A stretch of DNA of 64,000 nucleotides from Dehalococcoidia bacterium (GTDB lineage: Bacteria > Chloroflexota > Dehalococcoidia > Plut-88900): assembly GCA_965207225.1 (NCBI GenBank), contig CBDBLV010000005.1:992001-1056000 (forward strand), written 5' to 3'. The position numbers and the translations under genes are program-made. Below, in pieces: positions 31,660 through 41,724 of the stretch (positions are counted from its first letter, which is position 1; the number at the start of each line of letters is the position of its first letter). Below the pieces are notes generated by a model. The model was not told the origin of the DNA. It searched no databases and saw only the letters and a list, made by a program, of their open reading frames with translations.

Positions 31660-32010
31660 CTAGGTCCCGCGGATTTCGGCGGCCAGCTGGGAGAAGCCAG
31701 CCGGGTCACGGAGGGCGATGTCGGCGAGGGTCTTACGGTCCAGATCGATGTCGCGCTGCTTTAACAAGTGCATAAACTTGCTATAGGAAAGACCTTCGCT
31801 GCGGGCGGCGGCATTGATTCGGGCGATCCACAGGCGCCTGAAGTCGCGCTTCTTCTCGCGCCGATGCCTGTAGGCGTAGCTCAGGGACTTGAGCATGGCT
31901 TCATTGGCCCTGCGGAACAGGGTGCTCTTGCTAGCCCTTTGGCCTCGAGTCAGCTTCAGGATTTTCTTGTGTCGTCTTCGGGTTGTCGGTCCGCCTTTTA
32001 CCCGTGGCAA
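31660..32010 (-). CDS. rplT: 50S ribosomal protein L20
   Basis: [20 protein letters not shown]. Confidence 0.98.
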   Translation of the reverse strand: MPRVKGGPTTRRRHKKILKLTRGQRASKSTLFRRANEAMLKSLSYAYRHRREKKRDFRRLWIARINAAARSEGLSYSKFMHLLKQRDIDLDRKTLADIALRDPAGFSQLAAEIRGT

Positions 32011-32065
32011 TGTATCTCTCCGGAGTTCAAATTGTAGGGTCGCTCTCCAAGCGCTCGGACCGCTG

Positions 32066-32269
32066 CTACGGCAGGCCGTAGGGCAGTGTCTTTGATATCT
32101 TACGCTTGTCGCTGGGGGACACGGCGTGCATTTCTGAATAGAGCCTCTTCACCCGCTTGGGCTTTTTCCTGCGCAGGTGGCTCTTCCCGCCCTTGGCCCT
32201 GAGGATTTTCCCTGTTCCGGTAATGTGGAACCGTCTCTTGGCACCCTTATGCGTTTTCAGTTTTGGCAT
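32066..32269 (-). CDS. rpmI: 50S ribosomal protein L35
   Basis: [18 protein letters not shown]. Confidence 0.97.
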   Translation of the reverse strand: MPKLKTHKGAKRRFHITGTGKILRAKGGKSHLRRKKPKRVKRLYSEMHAVSPSDKRKISKTLPYGLP

Positions 32270-32813
32270 CTGCTTCCTCTGGAGCCGATATCTGGGCCCC
32301 GTCTCTGCGGCCCGGAACTAGCACCATGCTCATCATACGTCGTTCCATGACGGGTGGGGTCTCCACGCGTGCGCTGTCCATCAGGGACCTGGCTACCTTG
32401 CCCAGCAGCTGGTTCCCGATCTCCGGGTGAGTCATTTCCCTCCCCCGGAACTGGACCGACACCTTCACCTTGTCGCCTTCAGCAAGAAACTCGCGAATCT
32501 TACCGGTCTTGCGCTGCATGTCGTGGTCGCCTATCCGCGTTCTCATCCTCACCTCACGCATGGCTGAGGACTTCTGGGCCTTCTTGGCTTCTCGCTCCTT
32601 CTTTGCCTGCTCGTAACGGAATTTTCCGTAGTCCATCAGGCGGCAAACAGGAGGATCAGTGTTGGGAGCCACCTCCACCACGTCGACGCCGTTTTCCCGA
32701 GCGACTCTGATCGCCTCCGGAACCGGCATCACCCCCAACTGCTCGTTCTCCAACCCGATCACCAGGACCTCGCGCGCTCGTATTCTTCCGTTGGTTCTGT
32801 AGTCTCGGACTAT
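32247..32813 (-). CDS. infC: translation initiation factor IF-3 (ATA start)
   Basis: PPVC.LMDYGKF.YE, GDKVKV..FRGRE; SD GAGAGGT 7 nt before ATA at 32813. Confidence 0.95.
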   Translation of the reverse strand: MVRDYRTNGRIRAREVLVIGLENEQLGVMPVPEAIRVARENGVDVVEVAPNTDPPVCRLMDYGKFRYEQAKKEREAKKAQKSSAMREVRMRTRIGDHDMQRKTGKIREFLAEGDKVKVSVQFRGREMTHPEIGNQLLGKVARSLMDSARVETPPVMERRMMSMVLVPGRRDGAQISAPEEADAKTENA

Positions 32814-33028
32814 GCGTGTTACCTCTCTACAATATGTGCTGAGACCGCGAAAGTGGCGGGAATATAGCACAAGGCTATTTAGGCGTCAATTTCCCACCTC
32901 CGGACGCCCGGCAGTATTATATAACAACTCTAGCCTCCGCCCTAATTTGCGTGACCGGTCATTCTATACTTGCGCCATAGATGGCTATAGTTTGGAATGC
33001 CCGTCGTCTGTTTGCTACCATTGGCATC

Positions 33029-33721
33029 GTGAGAGCCAGCAGATTACATCCTTGGGACATATCTCCGTCCGAAGCCGTCGGTATACAACGCCGACTAGCG
33101 GACCGGGTAATCGTCAGCTCCCTCGAGCAGGAGCCAAAGCTGGTGGCTGGTTTGGATATATCGGGTGTGGGTTCGGAAGGCCGGGCCGCGGTGGCCGTGG
33201 TAGTCCTGACCTACCCTGAATTGGAAACAGTCGAGTGCCGCGTTGCTCACTCTGAAGTGACATTCCCATATGTCCCGGGACTGCTCTCCTTCAGAGAGAC
33301 CCCCGTCCTCTCCCCTGTGCTTGAGTCCCTTGACACCACGCCTGACATGCTGCTTATCGACGGCCAAGGCATTGCCCACCCGAGGCGCTTTGGCATAGCG
33401 TGTCACCTTGGCCTGCTTTTCGACATACCTGCTATCGGATGTGCAAAATCAAGACTAACCGGTTCTTTCAATGAACCTGCACTGGTCAAGGGGTCTTATT
33501 CGGTGCTCAAGGACGGCGACGAGACGATAGGCGCTGCGCTGAGGAGCCGTGATGGGACGAGACCCATTTTCGTGTCCGTGGGACACAAGGTAGATCTTGC
33601 CTCGGCCATTCGTATAGTCCTGAAATGTGCCCCAAAATACCGCATTCCGGAACCCACGCGTCGGGCCCACCTGGCGGCGGCGGGAAAGATCGCTCCATGC
33701 AGCCTTGGGAAAGGATGTTAA
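33029..33721 (+). CDS. nfi: endonuclease V
   Basis: AGLD, FPYVPGLLSFRE, DGQGIAHPRRFGIA.H, IG.AKS, PEPTR.AH. Confidence 0.95.
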   Translation: MRASRLHPWDISPSEAVGIQRRLADRVIVSSLEQEPKLVAGLDISGVGSEGRAAVAVVVLTYPELETVECRVAHSEVTFPYVPGLLSFRETPVLSPVLESLDTTPDMLLIDGQGIAHPRRFGIACHLGLLFDIPAIGCAKSRLTGSFNEPALVKGSYSVLKDGDETIGAALRSRDGTRPIFVSVGHKVDLASAIRIVLKCAPKYRIPEPTRRAHLAAAGKIAPCSLGKGC

Positions 33722-33781
33722 AATCATTCATCAGCATTAGTTGCATATCACATTGGGGCTACGCCCGACAAAGAGAGCGTT

Positions 33782-34892
33782 ATGGAAGAGCAGAAGCGTG
33801 AAATAGAAGAACTGCGCACCCGCACCACCTATCTCCTCGACCGTCTTTGACATCGCCGGCAAGAAATTGCAGGTCGAGTCGTTGGAGAAGGAAGCCTCCG
33901 GCCCCGATCTGTGGAATGACCCCAATTATGCCCAGGCCACCATGCGCCGCCTCTCTCGGCTCAATGAAGAGGTCGCTCTCTGGAGCGATCTGGAGAGCAG
34001 CGTAGGCGCCCTCTCCGATCTCATTGACCTCTCTGTGGAGACGGGAGACCTTTCCCTGGAAGGCCAGATAGTCAGTGAGATTTCCGAGATTCGATCGCGA
34101 CTGGACAGGCTGGAGTTCAACCTCGCCCTAAACGGCAAGTACGACCGGGACTCGGCTCTAGTGGCCATACACTCGGGGGCCGGGGGTACCGAGTCCCAGG
34201 ACTGGGCCGAGACCCTGATGCGAATGTATCTCCGCTGGGGTGACGCCAAGGGACGAGAGACACGGGTCTTGGACTTGTCCCCGGGCGAAGAGGCTGGCAT
34301 AAAGAGCGTCACCCTGGAGATAGACGGGGCATGGGCCTACGGTTATCTGAAGTCGGAGCGGGGTGTCCACCGGCTGGTCAGACTGTCGCCCTTTGATGCC
34401 GACCACCTTCGCCATACATCTTTCGCCTTGGTCGAGGTGCTTCCCCAAGCGGAAGATGACATAGATATCACCGTAGACCCGGAGGACGTCAAAATCGACT
34501 ATTTCAAGTCCAGCGGCGCGGGCGGGCAGCACGTACAAAAGAACCTCACGGCGGTAAGGCTTACCCACGCTCCCACAGGCATAGTGGTCACCTGTCAAAA
34601 TGAGCGGTCCCAACTCCAGAACCGGGAAACCGCCATGAAGGTCCTGCGCTCCAGGCTTTTGGAAATCGAACTGAACAAGAAGGCCGAGGAGCAGGCCAAG
34701 CTCAAGGGAGAACACGTAGAAGCAGGCTGGGGGAACCAGATCCGCTCCTACGTCCTGCACCCCTACAAGCTCGTGAAGGACCACCGCTCGGGGTTTGAGT
34801 CGACCAGCCCGGAGGCAGTGCTGGAGGGGGAGATCGACCCGTTGCTCGACGCCTACCTCAAAGCGATGATCGGGACCGGCACGGCAGTTTAA
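33782..34892 (+). CDS. prfB: peptide chain release factor 2 (+1 programmed frameshift at CTT TGA C, 33845-33851)
   Basis: 21 codons to CTT-TGA, then the +1 frame continues into an ORF with SPF and GGQ motifs. Confidence 0.96.
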
Positions 34893-35527
34893 GAGCTTGC
34901 GGTATCGCCTTCGGTAGCCTTCTTCACCTGCCAGAGCCTTTGGGCGGCGGTGACATAAGAGAAGAAGGTCAGGATCAGTAATACGGGCGGCACCTGGTTG
35001 ATCAGCAGCCCGAGACCCATCAGCACCACCCGCTCCCCTCGAGACAGCAGCCCCACGTTGCAGTCTATTCCCTCGCCCTCGGCTCGCGCCTTGATATAGC
35101 TCACCAGCACCGACCCGAACATGGCCGCGAATACCAGGAGCACGTTGGGCAACTGGCCGAGGCCGCTATAAAGGGCCAGCAGCCCGAAGAGTAGTGCTGC
35201 CTCGCCAAGCCTGTCGAAGGTTGAGTCCAACACCGCCCCGAACTTGCTCTGCTGGCCCGTCAGCCTGGCCATAGCCCCATCCACCAAGTCCAACGCGCCT
35301 GCAGCCAAGACCAGGGCTCCCGCCTCGGGTAGCCTTCCATTTGCTGCAACGGCGCCCGCCGCTGCGGCAATTACGCCGCCCGCCACGGTAATCTTGTTCG
35401 GTGTAAACCCCATACCCGACAGCACCCGAGCGGTCGGATTGGAGAACCGCTCCGTGAGCAGGTCCTTCGCCTTGTCTCGCAGGTGAGCGGTGTCCAGGAA
35501 GACTGTTCGTTTACTATCCTTCTTCAT
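34889..35527 (-). CDS. pgsA: CDP-alcohol phosphatidyltransferase (PI/PIP synthase-like)
   Basis: TPN.IT, D..DG.MAR...G..LDS..DR, SY.KARAE. Confidence 0.85.
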   Translation of the reverse strand: MKKDSKRTVFLDTAHLRDKAKDLLTERFSNPTARVLSGMGFTPNKITVAGGVIAAAAGAVAANGRLPEAGALVLAAGALDLVDGAMARLTGQQSKFGAVLDSTFDRLGEAALLFGLLALYSGLGQLPNVLLVFAAMFGSVLVSYIKARAEGEGIDCNVGLLSRGERVVLMGLGLLINQVPPVLLILTFFSYVTAAQRLWQVKKATEGDTASS

Positions 35528-35573
35528 GGGGACGCACCAATGCAAAGGGTTGCATTATAGCGGGGCATCGGCG

Positions 35574-36746
35574 TTAGTTTAACTCGGCTGCCATCCTGGC
35601 TTCGTGGTTGGCCTGGGCCTCTTCATAGACACGCATGACCCGCGCCGCCACCTTGTCCCAGCTAAACTCCTGTACGTGGGCAAGTCCGCGATTGGCCATT
35701 GCTACCCTCAGGGTCTCATCCTCGATGAGTCGGGCAAGTTTCGAGGCCAGGGCGTCGTCATCTTTTGGCGGCACGAGGAACCCCTGCACTCCTTCGCTCA
35801 TTACCCCAGCATACCCAATGATATTGGAAGCTACAACGGCAGACCTGGTGGCCATCCCTTCAAGGAGCACTATGCCGAAGCTCTCCTTGCCCGTTGCCGG
35901 GGAGCAGTAGATGTCAGCGGTGCGGTAGTAGCGGGGCAGTTCCTCGTGGTGAACGTTGCCCACAACGACTACATCCGAGGGGTTGCGTTCGCCGAGGAGC
36001 CGCGCGGAGTCGGCGTCCATGTTCCCGGGCCCGACTATCAACAGCCTGATCTTCGGATAGTCCCACTTCAGCTTGGAATAGGCGCTAATTAGATATTTCA
36101 GTCCCTTGCGCTTCTCCATTCTCCCAACGAAAAGAATATTGACATAACCATCGTTATACTGTTCCAGGGGTTTTACGGATGGATTGAAAGTCTGGAGGTC
36201 AATGCCATTGGGGATGATGTTGTATTCGCTGGGAAAGTGCTTCGATATGAATTCCAGCGCCGCCTGGGACACGGCGATTTTGGCGTCCAGCCGACTCAGC
36301 CAGCGCTTCCTCACGTACCTGTTGAAAATGGTATATAGCCTGTCTGCACTGGATACGCCTATGACCCGGCGGTTGCCGTGAAAGGCGTGGAAAGTTGCCA
36401 CGTTGACGGCTTTGGAGTTTCTCAGAATGGTGGTGGGGAGGGTAGGGCAGAACGGCTCGTGGAAATGAAGGACGTCGAAATTCTCCCGCTCGAGGATGGG
36501 GATTACTTTGCTCGTGAGTCGAGGGGAAATGACAATGCGGGCCGTGGTGCCCGCAGTGTGAAGGGGGATGGACCACCCGAGGGGTATCAATTTGTCGGCT
36601 CCGAACTGGTCGGTCTCCCGGGAGCAGGGAGCGATTATGCGGACGCGGTGGCCTTCCTTGGCGAACTGCTCCGCGAGGTTTGCCACGTGAAGGTTAACGC
36701 CCCCCGGGTATCCGAAGTCATATATCGAAACGAAGCCTATATTCAA
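35574..36746 (-). CDS. GT4 glycosyltransferase, PimA-like
   Basis: YDF..PGGV..H, HEP..P, R.E.RKG, ESFGIVLLE. Confidence 0.85.
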   Translation of the reverse strand: MNIGFVSIYDFGYPGGVNLHVANLAEQFAKEGHRVRIIAPCSRETDQFGADKLIPLGWSIPLHTAGTTARIVISPRLTSKVIPILERENFDVLHFHEPFCPTLPTTILRNSKAVNVATFHAFHGNRRVIGVSSADRLYTIFNRYVRKRWLSRLDAKIAVSQAALEFISKHFPSEYNIIPNGIDLQTFNPSVKPLEQYNDGYVNILFVGRMEKRKGLKYLISAYSKLKWDYPKIRLLIVGPGNMDADSARLLGERNPSDVVVVGNVHHEELPRYYRTADIYCSPATGKESFGIVLLEGMATRSAVVASNIIGYAGVMSEGVQGFLVPPKDDDALASKLARLIEDETLRVAMANRGLAHVQEFSWDKVAARVMRVYEEAQANHEARMAAELN

Positions 36747-37744
36747 TGCTCTGTGGATGTAGTCGAGGCCTTTGATACCCCGGCCCGACTCCCGTTTGAG
36801 CCTATTGATCTGTGTCCCACTCCGTTCAATGCTCTCCTGCCACTGGTCAACGATGCGGTCTTCAGTGGGACGGATGACTCTTCGCGCCATATCGGTTCGA
36901 AGACCATCCATTGCTCGGGGTGACGGCTAATGTACTCCTCCATCAGGTTAACGATTCTTGAAAGCCCGGATTCTATGCACTCTTCACGCCCCGCTTCACG
37001 GTCCAATATGATCGGGGGTTCGAAGTGCATGGAGAACTTGTAGCCTTTTTCCCTGAAGGTGAATGCGGGCAATATGGCCGCTCCGGTGCGGTAGGCCATC
37101 TCCACTCCGCCAATCGGCAGCAACGCTTCATGTCCGAAGAACGGCCGGTGTTGACCGCTGCCCTGCAAGGCCCGGTCGCAGGCGATGGCCACAAGCTCAC
37201 CCTTCTGCAACTTCTTCATGGCGACTTTAATGCCGGAATATGTCACGGGGAGTATGGAAATGCCGTTAAAGCTCCGGAGGCTGCTGGTCTTACGGTACAG
37301 CTGCTCGGGCTCTTCGACCTCGGCCAGGATGGTCACATTGACGCCCCGGGCCCTAATTACCTGGATGGACATGTCCATATTCCCCATGTGGATGGATGCC
37401 AGCACCACCCCCTTTCCACGAGCTATCGCACTATCCATGTGCTCCCACCCGTGTACCGTGACTGGCCTTTCCAGTGTAGAGGGGTCCCTTCGGGGGATGT
37501 TGATCAGGTCGAAAGTGTTCCGGGACGCGTTCCGAAATGCTTCGAGAGCGAGGCGATTAAGCTCATTATCATGGGCATCCGGGCCGAGGACGTGCCGCAG
37601 GTTTTCGGTTATCCCGGCCTTGGCGCTTCGAGAAGTGAGGAAGATAAGGTCCGCTACGATGCGAGCGATGAAATATCCAACCCTCCTGGGCAGGGGAGCA
37701 ACAAGGGCTACGGCGGTAAGCAGTGCGAAGTACTTCCAAATCAT
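36743..37744 (-). CDS. lipid acyltransferase, PatA/LpxL-like
   Basis: H.GN.D, ACDR, FFG, PEQW motifs. Confidence 0.82.
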   Translation of the reverse strand: MIWKYFALLTAVALVAPLPRRVGYFIARIVADLIFLTSRSAKAGITENLRHVLGPDAHDNELNRLALEAFRNASRNTFDLINIPRRDPSTLERPVTVHGWEHMDSAIARGKGVVLASIHMGNMDMSIQVIRARGVNVTILAEVEEPEQLYRKTSSLRSFNGISILPVTYSGIKVAMKKLQKGELVAIACDRALQGSGQHRPFFGHEALLPIGGVEMAYRTGAAILPAFTFREKGYKFSMHFEPPIILDREAGREECIESGLSRIVNLMEEYISRHPEQWMVFEPIWREESSVPLKTASLTSGRRALNGVGHRSIGSNGSRAGVSKASTTSTEH

Positions 37745-38104
37745 CAGGCGATTGGGGGCGTTTGTAATCCTTGTTGCCGTGCGAGCCAAGGCAGCGAAGA
37801 AGGATGAGAGGAGGCGAGGATTGCGTCGAGTAGAGGAGTTCGGGAAAGGGTCTCGGGGGTCTGACGTACTGGGGATTTGCTCACTGCGCCCTGTTCGAGC
37901 CCTGATGAAGTTCGCTGGTTTATCCGGCTGTCCCTGTGGCGACGCCTCGACCGGTGACCATCCGCAGGTGTGCAGACAGCCACCCCACCCCCTCCTGATT
38001 TCTCCGTGACTTTAGCAATCGTGCCTGTGACTGTCAAGTTTGGCGGCTTCGAGCGCTGGTCCGTGGCGGCCTTGCCGTTCCACTTCGGAACAGAGGCACA
38101 GGCA

Positions 38105-39058
38105 TCATTCATTCCGAGATGCGAAAACCCGCTTGGGACTCCACGGGCCCCGGGGGGTGGGGGCGGAAATGACTGCCAGGAATCGCCCTTCCTGGGAGTA
38201 GGCCCTGCAAAATATCAACTCTCCGGGCTCTCTGTAGGCATTGGATATCTGGGCGGCAGCCGTGGAGATCTTGTCGTAGTCCAGGTAGGACACTGGGATG
38301 GGCTGGCCGTTCGTCGTGGCCCTTTCCGCTCTCTTATCCAGGATGGCAGCCGGCATATTACCGAGAGCGAAGTCCATGGGGAAAAGCAAGTCCTGCCAGG
38401 TTCCACCTTGCACGGCCTCCTCAAATTGTTCGGGCGTTACCGATTCAGATATGTCGAAGGGCCCCGTGCGAAGCCTGACAAGCTCCGTGAGATGGGCCCC
38501 GACCCCCAACTCTTGACCTATATCATGGGCCAATGACCTGACGTACGTACCCCTACCGCAGTCGACATAGATGGCTGCGCAGGGAGGGTCCCAGGAAACG
38601 ATTTGCAGTTTGTGGACCATAGTCTCCCGCTTAGGCCGCTCGATGGTGATGCCCTCTCGGGCCAGCTCGTAGAGCCGCTTGCCCTCGTGTTTCAAGGCGC
38701 TGTACATGGGTGGTTCCTGGAGTATTATTCCGCGAAACGAACCCATGGACTCCTCAACTTCCCTCAGGGTCAGATTGGAGGCGTCCTTTTCTTCGGTGAC
38801 AGTCCCTTCGGCGTCATAGGTGTCCGTAGACACCCCGAACTTCATCACGGCGCGGTAGCTCTTGCTCGAATCAGCCAGGAATTCGCTTACCCTAGTCGCC
38901 CGCCCCAAGCATATAGGCAACACCCCAACAGCTAGGGGGTCCAGCGTTCCCCCATGTCCCACCTTCTTTTCGCCCGACAGCCTCCTGATTCGCTTCACCA
39001 TATCGAAGGAAGTGCAGTCTACAGGCTTACAGAGGTTCAATATTCCCGAAACGGTCAA
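38105..39058 (-). CDS. truB: tRNA pseudouridine(55) synthase
   Basis: GHGGTLDP.A.GVL, PPMYSA.K, GTYVRSL. Confidence 0.97.
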   Translation of the reverse strand: MTVSGILNLCKPVDCTSFDMVKRIRRLSGEKKVGHGGTLDPLAVGVLPICLGRATRVSEFLADSSKSYRAVMKFGVSTDTYDAEGTVTEEKDASNLTLREVEESMGSFRGIILQEPPMYSALKHEGKRLYELAREGITIERPKRETMVHKLQIVSWDPPCAAIYVDCGRGTYVRSLAHDIGQELGVGAHLTELVRLRTGPFDISESVTPEQFEEAVQGGTWQDLLFPMDFALGNMPAAILDKRAERATTNGQPIPVSYLDYDKISTAAAQISNAYREPGELIFCRAYSQEGRFLAVISAPTPRGPWSPKRVFASRNE

Positions 39059-39429
39059 TTCCCCCCCGTTGTCTCGGCGCCTTCGTCGGCAAATTCGAAG
39101 CTGTTGATAATGCTGTTAAGTTTGGCCCCGCGCTCAATCGAGTCGTCCAGATGGAAAGCCAACCGAGGTATGTAACGCAGCGAGAGTCGTTCTCCCAGAC
39201 TTCTCCGCAAGTAGCTTCCCGCCGCCTCCAAACCCTTCTCCACCTCTGACTTTTCCTCTTCTGTCCCCATCGCGCTCACAAAGACCGTAGCCTGTTTGAG
39301 GTCGTTGGATACGGAAACAGAGGTGATTGAAAGCATCCGGTTGAGCCTCGGGTCCCGGACGCTCCTCTGGAGGAGCACGCTGAGCTCCTCGCGTAGCAAT
39401 TCACTGACTCTTAAGGTGCGTCTGCTCAT
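39055..39429 (-). CDS. rbfA: ribosome-binding factor A
   Basis: RDPR, DL..A.V, LR.IP.L.F..D.S. Confidence 0.95.
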   Translation of the reverse strand: MSRRTLRVSELLREELSVLLQRSVRDPRLNRMLSITSVSVSNDLKQATVFVSAMGTEEEKSEVEKGLEAAGSYLRRSLGERLSLRYIPRLAFHLDDSIERGAKLNSIINSFEFADEGAETTGGN

Positions 39430-39487
39430 GGTGGAGTTCCGGTAGGAGATTGAAGGCCGGAGGGAAGGATGCTTTGGGTCCGGGGGG

Positions 39488-41314
39488 TTAGTTGGATGGT
39501 GCGGTGACCAGGTCTTTCCTGAAGGCTACCAACTCGTCGCCAGCCTCGAAATTGTCAAAAGCTTCAAGCCCGAGTCCACCCTCGGACCCCGAGGCGATCT
39601 CCCTCACGTTGTCCTTGAAGTGGCGCAGGCTCTTGATCTTGCCCTCGTAGACCGGGCTGCCGTTCCTAATCACCCGTATAATTGCGTTCCGGTTCAACCT
39701 CCCTTCCCCAACCCCAATGCCTGCCACCTTTCCGCCCTTCACGTCGAACACTTCCTTGACGACCGCCCGGGCCTCGACTGTTTCCCGGTAGACGGGCTCG
39801 AGCATGCCTGATACGGCAGCGGTGACGTAGTCCAGCATGTCGTAGATGATGTCGTAGTGCCGGATGTCGACGCCTTCAATGTCGGCGAGACGTCGAGCGC
39901 CGGCCTCATCTCTAGTGTTGAAGGCCAGTATGACCGCGTCCGAGGCGGAGGCAAGCAGCACGTCAGTCTCCGTCACAATGCCGCTGCTGGTACGGATCAC
40001 CTTGACTGCAACCTCGTCGGTGGAGATATCCTCAAGGGCGCTTCTCAGGGCTTCTCCGCTGCCCTCCACATCCGTTTTGAGGATTACGTTCAATTCCTTG
40101 CTGTATCCCACCCGAACCTGGGCTAGCAGGGCCTCTGCATCACCGTGTCCCTCGTCTCGGCCCGCCATTTGGCGCTCCCTGCGCTCGGCGGCTGAGGTCG
40201 CTTTTCGTCCGGTCTCCGCAGCCACGAGTATGTCGCCGGTTCTGGGAACGCTGTCGAATCCCAGCACCTCTACGGGCACAGCGGGGCCGGCCTCTCCCAT
40301 CTTCTGTCCCTGGTAGTCAAACAGGGCGCGGACCTTGCCTTTAATGTCACCGGCGAAGAACCTGTCCCCCGACTTCAGTGTCCCCGACTGGACCAAAACT
40401 GTGGCGATCGGGCCCCGGGCTGTGTCCAGCTTGGCCTCCACTACCACCCCCCGGGCCTTCCCCTCCGGGTTGCTCTTCAGCTCTGCAACCTCGGCAACGA
40501 GCACGATATTCTCAAGAAGGTCCTGTACGCCTTCCTGGGTCTTGGCTGAAAGGGGTACGACTATGGTGTCGCCGCCCCATTCCTCGGCAATGAGCCCGAC
40601 CTCGGATAGTTGCTGCTTTACCCGGTCCGGGTTGGCGCCGGGCACATCCATCTTGTTGAGCGCCACAATAATCGGCACTTCGGCTGCCTTTGCGTGGTCG
40701 ATGGCTTCCCGGGTTTGAGGCATGACGCCGTCGTCCGCGGCCACTACCAGCACGGCAATGTCGGTGACCTGCGCTCCTCGGGCCCGCATCGCCGTGAAGG
40801 CCTCGTGGCCGGGGGTGTCGAGGAACGTTACCGGTTGCCCGTCGACACCGACCTGGTATGCACCGATGTGCTGGGTGATGCCACCCTTCTCGGAAGCGGT
40901 GACGGAGGTGTTCCTTATGACGTCCAGCAGGGATGTCTTGCCGTGGTCTACGTGGCCCAGAATTGTGACTATCGGCGCCCTCGGCTCCAGGTCATCTTCC
41001 AGATCGACGTCTGACTCCTTGGCATCCTTGACGCCAGTGTCCCGAGACTCCTCCTGCTGGGGAGAGAACCCGAAGTCCGATGCAATGATCGAGGCAGTCT
41101 CGTAATCGATGACCTGGTTGATGTTGGCCATCACGCCGCGGCGCATGAGCTGCTTGATAACCTCGATGCCGCTGGCCCGCATCAGTTCCGACAGGCCCTG
41201 GACAGCGATGGCGCTGGGGATCTCCAGAGGGGGGCCTGACACTGGTCTCGTCTCGACGTTTACGCCCTGACGGACCCTTCTGCCTCTTGTGGTGTTTGAT
41301 TGACCTGAAACCAT
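39488..41314 (-). CDS. infB: translation initiation factor IF-2
   Basis: [29 protein letters not shown]. Confidence 0.98.
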   Translation of the reverse strand: MVSGQSNTTRGRRVRQGVNVETRPVSGPPLEIPSAIAVQGLSELMRASGIEVIKQLMRRGVMANINQVIDYETASIIASDFGFSPQQEESRDTGVKDAKESDVDLEDDLEPRAPIVTILGHVDHGKTSLLDVIRNTSVTASEKGGITQHIGAYQVGVDGQPVTFLDTPGHEAFTAMRARGAQVTDIAVLVVAADDGVMPQTREAIDHAKAAEVPIIVALNKMDVPGANPDRVKQQLSEVGLIAEEWGGDTIVVPLSAKTQEGVQDLLENIVLVAEVAELKSNPEGKARGVVVEAKLDTARGPIATVLVQSGTLKSGDRFFAGDIKGKVRALFDYQGQKMGEAGPAVPVEVLGFDSVPRTGDILVAAETGRKATSAAERRERQMAGRDEGHGDAEALLAQVRVGYSKELNVILKTDVEGSGEALRSALEDISTDEVAVKVIRTSSGIVTETDVLLASASDAVILAFNTRDEAGARRLADIEGVDIRHYDIIYDMLDYVTAAVSGMLEPVYRETVEARAVVKEVFDVKGGKVAGIGVGEGRLNRNAIIRVIRNGSPVYEGKIKSLRHFKDNVREIASGSEGGLGLEAFDNFEAGDELVAFRKDLVTAPSN

Positions 41315-41355
41315 CTGTATTCTGAGCTAACTCTTCAATATCTGTGTGCTGTTTC

Positions 41356-41673
41356 CTAAACTGACGCGGATTCCACAGCCTCTTCCTTCAACGATTCGGC
41401 CTTCTCCTTTACAAGGGCTAAGGCCTGAGCGGGAACCCGATAGTTCAGGGCTTTTTCCAGTCTTTGCGACTTTATCGCCCTCGTCCAGCATTCAGGGTTG
41501 CTGCAAAGATATGCCCCCCTCCCCGACATCTTGCCGCCAGGGTCCAGGGTGACTTCCCCGTTCGGGGTACGGACGACCCGGTTTAGCTGGCGCTTGTCGA
41601 ACACCCCGCGACAGGAGACGCAGGTGCGCTGTGGTGGCATGCGTCTCTGTTTGACAGCGATGTTCCTGGCCAA
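41356..41673 (-). CDS. ylxR: YlxR/RnpM family RNA-binding protein
   Basis: PQRTCV.C, GRGAYLC; lies between nusA and infB. Confidence 0.92.
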   Translation of the reverse strand: MARNIAVKQRRMPPQRTCVSCRGVFDKRQLNRVVRTPNGEVTLDPGGKMSGRGAYLCSNPECWTRAIKSQRLEKALNYRVPAQALALVKEKAESLKEEAVESASV

Positions 41674-41724
41674 CCTTTTTTACCATTTCTGACCCGGCGC
41701 CTGCATCCTGGTCTCTGACCCAGA

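Noticed and set aside
37920-38000. 22 aa ORF after AGGAGG between truB and the acyltransferase
   Set aside because: Too short, suboptimal SD spacing and no supporting motif
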